This document shows positions 10,547 to 17,865 of a stretch of 64,000 nucleotides of DNA, piece after piece. The notes beneath the pieces were generated by a model. The model saw only the letters and a program-made list of their open reading frames with translations. It made no database searches and had not been told where the DNA came from. The stretch is from an uncultured virus (IMG/VR IMGVR_UViG_3300034072_000446). Taxonomy: Duplodnaviria; Heunggongvirae; Uroviricota; Caudoviricetes. The number at the start of each line of letters is the position of its first letter. The first letter of the stretch is position 1. Both the position numbers and the translations under genes were made by a program. The stretch lies in IMG/VR virus record IMGVR_UViG_3300034072_000446; one strand, given 5' to 3'.

Positions 10547-11009
10547 TTTTCATAAACTCCACAAGTCTGATGAATTCTTCTATAGTGCCGTCAGATTTAA
10601 GGTTGTTGGCTCTCCACGACAAAACTTGAATATTCCCTTTTACATACCCTTTAGAAGAATCTATGCGATCTAAAGAAGGTTTGTTATCTTTTGTCCCTTT
10701 ATTAGCATAAAGCTCAAGAGGGAACCCGAAGACAGGACAATGGGTAGGGATATCAAAGTCATCTTCAGTGAGATTGAACTCTAGTCCCCTCTTTTTAGCC
10801 CTACTTTTAGCGTTTTGTAGCAAATACTTTTTAGGATTTGACTCACGCCATCTGTAGTTATAAACATCTGATTTACTAAGACCTTGCTCAAGCCCCTTTT
10901 TCTGCCAACGTTGATTAGACGCTACAGCACACGGCGAGCAATAGTTCGATTTAGTAAAAATTTCTGTACCGCATGAACAGTACTTTTTTCCATCTATGAA
11001 TTTAGCCAT
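10533..11009 (-). CDS. HNH homing endonuclease
   Basis: N-terminal Cys cluster, CPVFG and PSLDRIDSSKGYVKGNIQVLSWRANNLK; AT-rich. Confidence 0.85.
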   Translation of the reverse strand: MAKFIDGKKYCSCGTEIFTKSNYCSPCAVASNQRWQKKGLEQGLSKSDVYNYRWRESNPKKYLLQNAKSRAKKRGLEFNLTEDDFDIPTHCPVFGFPLELYANKGTKDNKPSLDRIDSSKGYVKGNIQVLSWRANNLKSDGTIEEFIRLVEFMKNGDT

Positions 11010-11036
11010 TATAAAGTTCTCCCTACCTTATACACT

Positions 11037-11065
11037 ATTATAACATATTCTGCAATTTTTGTCAA
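11037..11065 (-). promoter_or_regulatory. Consensus sigma70 promoter for the packaging/structural operon
   Basis: TTGACA-N17-TATAAT with extended TG on the minus strand. Confidence 0.85.
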
Positions 11066-11123
11066 GAGAAAAATGCAAAATTGTGTAAAAATAAAAATAT
11101 TTTTTAATTTATGACGATTTTTA

Positions 11124-11152
11124 TTGACAACTTTCGCAATCTATGGTATAAT
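11124..11152 (+). promoter_or_regulatory. Consensus sigma70 promoter, divergent from the structural promoter
   Basis: TTGACA-N17-TATAAT with extended TG. Confidence 0.85.
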
Positions 11153-11158
11153 ACATTA

Positions 11159-11391
11159 TAGGGTTGCGAGGGTTAATATATACCCCTTATATTCAATAAT
11201 GAATACTCTATGGAGGATAGGCCGAGGGAGCGTAGCGACTGAGGCCTTAGGAGGTAGTAGTTATAACATACAAAGAAAGGAGGGCCTTCCGTGTTTACTC
11301 TTGTGAAGTGAGAAGGGAGGTGATCATTAAATTATCTAGGTTAAGGGCTTCTTAGGCACCCTCTGGGCGACCTTGGGAGCCCTTTTCTTTT
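11159..11391 (+). ncRNA. Putative ~230-nt sRNA rich in GGAGG motifs
   Basis: Bounded by a consensus promoter and an intrinsic terminator; no convincing protein ORF. Confidence 0.55.
11345..11391 (+). terminator. Intrinsic terminator
   Basis: GGGCTTCTTAGG/CCTTGGGAGCCC stem followed by TTTTCTTTT. Confidence 0.8.
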
Positions 11392-11570
11392 GTCAATACT
11401 GAATTATTAATTTTTATATAGACTCATGGGTTATATGCCTGTGGGTCTTTTTTTTGTAATTTTTTCTGTAACGTTTGAGTAGGGTCCCCTCTACGCTACA
11501 TATACGCGCGCGTGCTTCATCCCCCCCCCCCTTATGAGGTAATGTTATAACGTCACCTGCCCACGGGCCG

Positions 11571-11720
11571 CGCAAGAATATTACAAGCAGACGCAACAAA
11601 CACATAGATAAGGCTCGATTCGCTTGCTGACAGACGCAACAATATTACAACACGCAATAATCTTACAAAGGACTATCCATCTATTACGCGAAGCTTCCCT
11701 TGTACGAAATAATGTAACAA
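11571..11720 (+). repeat. 16-bp direct repeats CGCAAnAATmTTACAA
   Basis: Copies at 11571, 11635 and 11653, plus a degenerate copy at 11705. Confidence 0.75.
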
Positions 11721-11740
11721 AAACAGCATGAAAAAAGCAA

Positions 11741-11769
11741 TTTACTTTCGAAAACACCTGGTCTACACC
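11741..11769 (+). promoter_or_regulatory. Putative early sigma70-type promoter
   Basis: TTTACT-N17-TACACC preceded by an A-rich UP-like tract, just upstream of the structured region. Confidence 0.5.
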
Positions 11770-11775
11770 TTGGTC

Positions 11776-12340
11776 ATCGAGAGAGACGGGCCGCCCGGAC
11801 GGGTCAAGCCTCTAGTTCTCCTTGGTCTAGGTCTGACTTGGCAACTAGTCATGTCTAGTTACATAACCCCAATGCGTTAGCTTGTGGACGTGAATTGCAG
11901 TTGCGTAAAGTGCTGCAAGTAAGCGGGTAAAACAGGTGCAAAGGGGAAGCAACGGGCAAGCGGTATTCGCACTGGACATGGATTTGTCCGAAGTGCAGGT
12001 TATCCGGCGGTAACGCGACAGGATACGATCGTCTTGTGTTGGGTCTGACAAGCCTGACAACCGGATTAGGACTATACGTAGACGTAACGTCTATCGGTAT
12101 GGTCAACACGCTGGCTAGGTTCGCTTAGGGCCGATGCCAGCAAGCCCTAGGGTCCGGTAAAAGCCCGGCAGAGAGTTATGTCCTACCTAGGGTATTCCGA
12201 TTATGTGTGATGGCTATCACACACGATGATTATCGCCAAGCTGTTGACAGTTGCAAATAGCAGGGACGGATAGGCTTTTGTAAGCCTTGGGGATGAGAGC
12301 CCGTAAGCCTTAGAATAGATTGGCTGTCCTTGGCGATAAT
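11776..12340 (+). ncRNA. Candidate large structured non-coding RNA (~565 nt)
   Basis: About ten consecutive hairpins or multibranch domains with GCAA/GUAA/UUCG tetraloops and many G-U pairs; no credible ORF. Confidence 0.65.
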
Positions 12341-12405
12341 TCCACATCCTATTGTATCTGTTAGCGCAGCAACACATATCTTTGGATAACCGGAAGGATA
12401 ACCAC

Positions 12406-12576
12406 ATGTATAGAGACTTCTCTCTGCACGTTGCACAATACAAGGCTCTCTTTTCAGGCCTTGTTCTACGGCCTGCCTGCATCGGCCCTTATACGTTCAA
12501 CTATGGCTTGGCTGGAAACTATCGCCCAAACCTTGCCAAAGCTCTTTTGGGAGACCGTTACAATGGCGAGAATTGA
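12406..12576 (+). CDS. Early hypothetical protein
   Basis: ATG preceded by AAGGA; overlaps the next ORF. Confidence 0.5.
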   Translation: MYRDFSLHVAQYKALFSGLVLRPACIGPYTFNYGLAGNYRPNLAKALLGDRYNGEN

Positions 12577-12796
12577 CACTCATCGCGCCGCCTATGTGCG
12601 GGTAAATCCTAACATGAAAGTCGGCAAGTCTGTCCCGTCTAAGCAATCGCTTATTGACAGGCTGACAGCCCTTGAAACTGACATTTCCCGTATGAACACG
12701 GCAAACTTGCCTGAGAGTGAACGTGCGCTTGTTGAACGTGCGCAAGCGGCTGTCCTTGTTGCCCGTCGTTCGTTGCGGATAATGATAACGAAGTGA
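12563..12796 (+). CDS. Early hypothetical protein
   Basis: GGGAG RBS; phage-like codon usage. Confidence 0.6.
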   Translation: MARIDTHRAAYVRVNPNMKVGKSVPSKQSLIDRLTALETDISRMNTANLPESERALVERAQAAVLVARRSLRIMITK

Positions 12797-12826
12797 TTCG
12801 TATGTGCTGCGCTAACACCTGCAATA

Positions 12827-12858
12827 GCGGCTTTGCCACGTCACGGCAAAGCCGTTTT
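12827..12858 (+). terminator. Hairpin (terminator or processing stem)
   Basis: GCGGCTTTGCC/GGCAAAGCCGT 11-bp stem followed by TTT. Confidence 0.5.
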
Positions 12859-12900
12859 AGTGTAGGGCTTGGACAACCAAGTATCTTTTGGAGAACCGAA

Positions 12901-13455
12901 ATGTCGCTCAAGACCATTGATAAGAATATCAAGACCATCACCACGAATGCAGCCAAGCTGAACATTCTCATCCATGAGACTGCCATGCTTATCATGTCTC
13001 ATGCGAAGGAACATGGCGATTGCTCTCGTGCGCTGACTCTTGCAAACGCTATGCCTGCATCCATGCGTAGGACCATGCTTGTTGCTTGGTTCGACAAGTA
13101 TTCTCCTATTCGTGTGATTCAGGCGAACAACAAGGTCGGTATTCTCAAACCTACCGCCAAGAACTATGTCGAATGGGACTTGGAAGGGGCTGCTGCTGAA
13201 CCATTCTATGAGCTTGCAGAGGCTGTGCCTGAAAAGCCTCCTCTCGACTTCAATGCACTGATGCAGATGGTTGCCCGTCTGTCCAAACAGATTGAGAAGA
13301 AGGTCGAGAATGGTGAAGTCGTGGACCGTGATATCGAATCGGCAAAGGCTCTTGCTCGTGCTGTGTCCGGTCTCAAGGTCGAACGCGTGACTGCACCTAC
13401 CAATGAGACCAAGACTCTCACTCCGCTGGCTGAAGGTATCCGCGAAGCGGCATAA
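12901..13455 (+). CDS. Early hypothetical protein
   Basis: 184 aa from ATG 12901 with GGAG RBS; biased codon usage. Confidence 0.8.
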   Translation: MSLKTIDKNIKTITTNAAKLNILIHETAMLIMSHAKEHGDCSRALTLANAMPASMRRTMLVAWFDKYSPIRVIQANNKVGILKPTAKNYVEWDLEGAAAEPFYELAEAVPEKPPLDFNALMQMVARLSKQIEKKVENGEVVDRDIESAKALARAVSGLKVERVTAPTNETKTLTPLAEGIREAA

Positions 13456-13612
13456 CCTGCCACACCTGAGCACGTGGATAAACTGCTCAACACACATCTA
13501 TCATCGTCGGAGTAACGCTTATGCAACCTCTCACTATCCGTGAAACAGTCATTGGCACCGGCATATTCATGCTTGTGCTGTGGCTTCTTGGTGTGGCTGT
13601 GGAGTTGTCTGC

Positions 13613-14098
13613 ATGAACATATTCCATCTTAGCGATAGTCCTGTCCTGTCTGCACAATACCAGCATGACAAGCATGTCGTTAAGATGACCCTTGAGACTG
13701 CACAACTTGTGTCTCAAGCCATCCGCAAGCGCCCTGACTGGTGGGAGTTGTGTGACGACAATATTCATCTTTACCAGTCAACACATATTCATCATCCTTC
13801 CTCTGTATGGACGCGCGCTACTGCTAACAATCTGCGTTGGCTGTGTGCGCACGGTCTAGCCCTTGCGGATGAATACTCATACCGCTTCTATCGTGACCAC
13901 AAATCACGACGCATAATCCAGATTGCCCAAGACTTGTGCGACAAGCTGCCAAGCGATGAACTAACACCTTTCGCTATGGCTATGCCTGTTCATTACAAGA
14001 CAGACGATCCCGTGTTGTCCTATCGTCTGTATTATCTTGGTGAGAAGATTAAGGACGACAGCAATTGGACACGTCGCAGACGTGACCTTCCTGACTAG
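13613..14098 (+). CDS. Pyrimidine-dimer DNA glycosylase (DenV-like) family protein
   Basis: MNIFHLSDSP..SAQYQHDKHVVKM.LETAQL, THIHHPSSVW and TPFAMAMP motifs. Confidence 0.8.
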   Translation: MNIFHLSDSPVLSAQYQHDKHVVKMTLETAQLVSQAIRKRPDWWELCDDNIHLYQSTHIHHPSSVWTRATANNLRWLCAHGLALADEYSYRFYRDHKSRRIIQIAQDLCDKLPSDELTPFAMAMPVHYKTDDPVLSYRLYYLGEKIKDDSNWTRRRRDLPD

Positions 14099-14130
14099 CT
14101 CTTGCGCCCTGCTTTAGGTATCAGATAGTC

Positions 14131-14256
14131 CATTGTTGTGTGTAGTAGTGTAGTCAGCATACGTAGATGACCGTCACTAGGGAGTAATTACCCGATCCGC
14201 GTGTTACCGTGCTGATAAACGGAGAACCTAGGCTCTCACTACTACACTCAGCAATG
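14131..14256 (+). ncRNA. Structured RNA element closed by a ~20-bp stem
   Basis: 14131-14150 pairs with 14237-14256 (one mismatch) and encloses inner hairpins. Confidence 0.6.
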
Positions 14257-14283
14257 AGGCTGATTAACAAGGAGTAATCTATC

Positions 14284-14448
14284 ATGGCTAAGCACGCATT
14301 CCGTTCGAACGACTATACCTTCCGCCCCACCTCGCTCGGCCAGCGTCTTGCTGAAGCAGGGCTTGTCAAGGCCCCTCACCTTGTGCGTGAAGCCAAGCTG
14401 GAAGTCATCTCGGGCAACAAGCACACTGTGCTGTCAGTTGCAGCATGA
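14284..14448 (+). CDS. Small hypothetical protein (54 aa)
   Basis: AAGGAG RBS; MAKHAFRSNDYTFRPTSLGQRLAEAGLV... Confidence 0.65.
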   Translation: MAKHAFRSNDYTFRPTSLGQRLAEAGLVKAPHLVREAKLEVISGNKHTVLSVAA

Positions 14449-14524
14449 CAGACTGGCAACCCGGAGACCGGACGTTGGAGGACGGTGAACCTGTTTCCTG
14501 TCGTTTTGTGAAGGACAATGCCTA

Positions 14525-14719
14525 ATGCTTTTTCGGACTCTTCTTCATGCGCTGTTCTATTTCAGCGTGTTCATCATGTGTCTGCTGATCAATATTCAGT
14601 TGCTAACATATATCATCATCGGCACTAGCGGTCTTTGGCCGGTCGTTCCAATCGCTGTGCTTATATTCGTAGGTTCGATCTTTCTCGACCGACTGTTCAC
14701 CACATTGACGGAGATTTAG
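14525..14719 (+). CDS. Small membrane protein
   Basis: 64 aa with two hydrophobic stretches. Confidence 0.6.
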   Translation: MLFRTLLHALFYFSVFIMCLLINIQLLTYIIIGTSGLWPVVPIAVLIFVGSIFLDRLFTTLTEI

Positions 14720-14720
14720 T

Positions 14721-15320
14721 ATGCACAAGACTCCACACGGCGGCGAGTGCTGCGGCATTTGGCATATTCACGGCATGGGGTATGGACCAACTGAAAATGA
14801 AGGAAGTCCCCAAAATCCTGTTACAAAGGAAGCACGACTTCGTGAATTGATTGACTCGCTTGATTTTCAGCGAACGTATGATGAAGACGACATTGACGAT
14901 GATGCCCCGATTTACAACAATGGTCGTGTCAAGGAAGTCGTGCTTGCTGACTACCAGCTTGCCGGCTGGCAAGACAAGCTTATTGAGATGGGATTCAAGA
15001 AGGTTGCTTCGTTCCTGAACAGTAACTCTGAGAATATTTGCCATGTCTTCTATCACCATCCTGATCTCACCCTGTATGGGAACGAGCAGCAACCGGGACG
15101 TCCGCAGATTCGTGAAGTTGAAGTGCCTGTTCGTATGCCGATTGAACGCTCGGCTGTGCTGGTGGAATACTTCCCGAATTTCCGCGTAGGTGGTCGGGGA
15201 CGCCCGTTTTCCTCGCTTCGAGAGGTGCGTGAACATGCCCCCTTGGTCCGACGGATTGATCGGCGAACTGTCTTCAATGACGGAACTGTTGAATGGGAGT
15301 ACAATGTTCGTGCAAATTAA
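14721..15320 (+). CDS. Hypothetical protein
   Basis: 199 aa, GGAG RBS. Confidence 0.75.
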   Translation: MHKTPHGGECCGIWHIHGMGYGPTENEGSPQNPVTKEARLRELIDSLDFQRTYDEDDIDDDAPIYNNGRVKEVVLADYQLAGWQDKLIEMGFKKVASFLNSNSENICHVFYHHPDLTLYGNEQQPGRPQIREVEVPVRMPIERSAVLVEYFPNFRVGGRGRPFSSLREVREHAPLVRRIDRRTVFNDGTVEWEYNVRAN

Positions 15321-16320
15321 CGACTTCTCTTATACACCTCTTCACTCTGAAGATAACATGGCGGCGGCTAAGGAGTGGCTTGTAGAGGCTATCTCTGATA
15401 AAGCTTTTACCAGCACCGCCAACTTTGCTTTTATCAACGCTGATAGCAAAGTTCTTTCGTATTGTGGGGAAGCCTGTCATAACTCAATGGGTTGTTCAGG
15501 AACTTACCAGAAAACTTCCGTTCTTGTAGCAACTGAAGCGTATCTTCATCAGAAGAATAGGCGAGACGATTACAAATACTGTCGATACGACAATGATTAC
15601 AGATTTATACGATACGATAAATCTGCCGAACTTATGATGCCATTCTTTGAGTGGGTGGTTTATGAGTCTGTGTATGGCAGGTTTATTCTTAATCGTGATG
15701 ATCGTGAATCAGTAGAGACTGGTTTCATTGTCTCCTCTGCCGTGCCTGCATCTATTATGCAGTCTATTATGATTCTTAGCAGACACTTCTATGAAGTCTG
15801 CCCAGAATCGTTCGAGGCGTTTAATCGTCTTCGTAGTATGGGTGTGCCCGGTTCTGTTGCTTATGTGGTAAGCTTTAACACGGCTTATGGAAGCAACACG
15901 GACCACGGGCCTATCGACATTAAGAAACCTGTGACCGGCAAATGGGGACACAGGTTGTTTGCTATTCCTGCAACTACAAAGGAACTGCATAACTTTATCA
16001 CAGGCAATGCCATTGGGCTCGATCAGACTGATCGGGCATACTGTGATCACCCATCTACGCGTGGCACAAGCACCTTGTTTTGCAATCGTAATACCGGGGG
16101 CCAGCCGCCATTCACTAAGCAACTGATTATGAATGATGCACCCTTTGCAGAAATGCTGCGGAAGTATCGTGGTGGAAATACGGGCACATCTATCATCAAT
16201 CCGTTTGTTCGCCACGATGGCCGAACTCCTGCCCCGACTGACGTTACTTACGAAGAATTGTATAACGTCATCATCCCTTATCTGTATGAACGAGGAGATT
16301 TCAAAGATGCGATCCACTGA
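15304..16320 (+). CDS. Hypothetical protein
   Basis: Long ORF in the operon; start uncertain (15304 or 15358). Confidence 0.7.
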   Translation: MFVQINDFSYTPLHSEDNMAAAKEWLVEAISDKAFTSTANFAFINADSKVLSYCGEACHNSMGCSGTYQKTSVLVATEAYLHQKNRRDDYKYCRYDNDYRFIRYDKSAELMMPFFEWVVYESVYGRFILNRDDRESVETGFIVSSAVPASIMQSIMILSRHFYEVCPESFEAFNRLRSMGVPGSVAYVVSFNTAYGSNTDHGPIDIKKPVTGKWGHRLFAIPATTKELHNFITGNAIGLDQTDRAYCDHPSTRGTSTLFCNRNTGGQPPFTKQLIMNDAPFAEMLRKYRGGNTGTSIINPFVRHDGRTPAPTDVTYEELYNVIIPYLYERGDFKDAIH

Positions 16321-16519
16321 TAGCCGGTCTACGGCGACCGACAATCCTATGGACGGATGGAATGACAATCAGGTTGCCGACGCTATGCGGCAGACCTTGA
16401 AGACCTTGATTGAGCTTAGAAATAAGCTTGGTAAAAGAGGCTATGACGTAACACTCGATAGCCACCCAACCAATTATATTCCAACTCGCGTAACTGCACG
16501 AAAGACGGTGATTCTCTAA
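16307..16519 (+). CDS. Hypothetical protein
   Basis: GAGGAG RBS; stop overlaps the next ATG. Confidence 0.6.
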   Translation: MRSTDSRSTATDNPMDGWNDNQVADAMRQTLKTLIELRNKLGKRGYDVTLDSHPTNYIPTRVTARKTVIL

Positions 16520-17277
16520 TGTCCGCAATGACTTCAATCTCTAAGAACTACACTAGCCGTGAAATGCCCGAATGCAAGGGTATGAAGGCTTTTGTTCTTC
16601 CGGGTGCCTTCTATGGCGCATGTGTCGCTCTCATGGCCGAGGCCGGCTTTGGCAAGGCAAACACTGTCGAAGATGCAGACGTCGTTGTCTTCATCGGCGG
16701 TGAAGATATCAACCCCAAGCTTTACGACGCCAAGGCACATCGTTCATCTTTCTGGACTGACGACCGAGACTTCCAAGAGGAGTTCTTCTATCGCAAGGCC
16801 CAGAGGCTAAACAAGGTGTGTTTCGGTATCTGCCGCGGCGCACAGTTCCTTCATGCGATGAATGGCGGCAAGCTCTGGCAGAACGTCAATAATCATGGCG
16901 GACCTGATCATGTTATCTATGACATTGACGATGATGTGTATGTGACGGCTACGTCTCTGCATCACCAGATGTTGCAGTTCAACAAGGATATGGAAGTCAT
17001 TGCTTGCACGAAGGAGCAGGTTGCTACCAAGTTTGAAGAAGCTGATTTGGTTGTCCATGTTGACAAGGAAACCGATGACGCTGCTGTTGAACTTGAGATC
17101 GAAGCAGGTTGCTACGCACTGACGCAATGCTTTTTCGTACAAGGCCATCCTGAAATCGGCAATGAGCAGTATCGTTCGTGGACCATGAACAAGCTCTTTA
17201 ACCTGATGTTGGAATGGGGAGCTAAGGATCGTATTGCCGATGAGCCTTACGACGATAGCGAAGGAGTTGCAGCATGA
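16519..17277 (+). CDS. Class I glutamine amidotransferase / peptidase C26-like
   Basis: GGEDINP..Y, FGICRGAQ nucleophile elbow, SLHHQ and VQGHPE motifs. Confidence 0.9.
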   Translation: MSAMTSISKNYTSREMPECKGMKAFVLPGAFYGACVALMAEAGFGKANTVEDADVVVFIGGEDINPKLYDAKAHRSSFWTDDRDFQEEFFYRKAQRLNKVCFGICRGAQFLHAMNGGKLWQNVNNHGGPDHVIYDIDDDVYVTATSLHHQMLQFNKDMEVIACTKEQVATKFEEADLVVHVDKETDDAAVELEIEAGCYALTQCFFVQGHPEIGNEQYRSWTMNKLFNLMLEWGAKDRIADEPYDDSEGVAA

Positions 17278-17360
17278 CACCTCTAGGGAAAGTCTTAGTA
17301 ATAGCTCTACTGACATCTCTATGTTGGTTGGCCGTTATCCTCACCTTTAATCTCCTCTAG
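17274..17360 (+). CDS. 28-aa hydrophobic peptide
   Basis: AAGGAG RBS, ATGA overlap with upstream stop; MTPLGKVLVIALLTSLCWLAVILTFNLL. Confidence 0.55.
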   Translation: MTPLGKVLVIALLTSLCWLAVILTFNLL

Positions 17361-17444
17361 AAGCATTGTTTAAGAGGGTTGTTATAGATAATAGTTAAAG
17401 ACTATTGTTTATTACAATCTTCTTAAACAACCCTTCTATAAGAG

Positions 17445-17473
17445 ATTATATCATCTCTTGTACGAATTGTCAA
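17445..17473 (-). promoter_or_regulatory. Consensus sigma70 promoter antisense to the early operon
   Basis: TTGACA-N17-TATAAT with extended TG on the minus strand. Confidence 0.8.
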
Positions 17474-17485
17474 GGAAAAAATGAC

Positions 17486-17860
17486 ATGCCAAAAGTTACA
17501 CGGGTGAATGTCTGCTTCTCTACTATTTCAGTAAGAAGGGCCAACGGCATTCGCTTCGATGATGGGTCAACTTTGGAAGACTTTCATGATAGCGAGTGCT
17601 GTGAACATCACTACTTAGATTTCTCAGCCATCTCCCTTGAAGACTTCGACGGATTGGAGTTTGATCTGTCGTCAGAAGATTTCTTTGAGAGAGTGCCTGA
17701 CTACGGTATCCGGCTTGTACCTACTAACGGCCACCCGGTTAGCATTCCGGGGTATGGTTACAACAACGGGTACTACTCAAGTAACCTGTCGTTGATTCTT
17801 ACAACACCTGATGGCAAGAAAACTTTCGACATCTCTGAATGCCAAGAGTGGAAGGACTAA
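17486..17860 (+). CDS. Hypothetical phage protein
   Basis: HDSECCEHHYLDF and GYGYNNGYYS motifs. Confidence 0.75.
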   Translation: MPKVTRVNVCFSTISVRRANGIRFDDGSTLEDFHDSECCEHHYLDFSAISLEDFDGLEFDLSSEDFFERVPDYGIRLVPTNGHPVSIPGYGYNNGYYSSNLSLILTTPDGKKTFDISECQEWKD

Positions 17861-17865
17861 TACTA

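Noticed and set aside
11571..11720. CRISPR array
   Set aside because: The repeats are 16 bp, degenerate and irregularly spaced. The Cas4-like nuclease is a common solo phage exonuclease.
12150..12335. Twister ribozyme or RNase P RNA within the large structured region
   Set aside because: CCGGUAAAAGCCCGG is one nucleotide short of the twister L4 pattern and I found no pseudoknot partners. The RNase P P4 consensus segments were not found.
11845..12482. Short minus-strand ORFs in the structured region
   Set aside because: No RBS, atypical composition, and opposite to the predicted early transcription.
14096..14128. Amber recoding (glycosylase-like gene ends LPD-TAG where a Trp might be expected)
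   Set aside because: TAG is a normal stop elsewhere (PolA, the 14525 ORF) and long genes are uninterrupted. At most a single TGG>TAG change.
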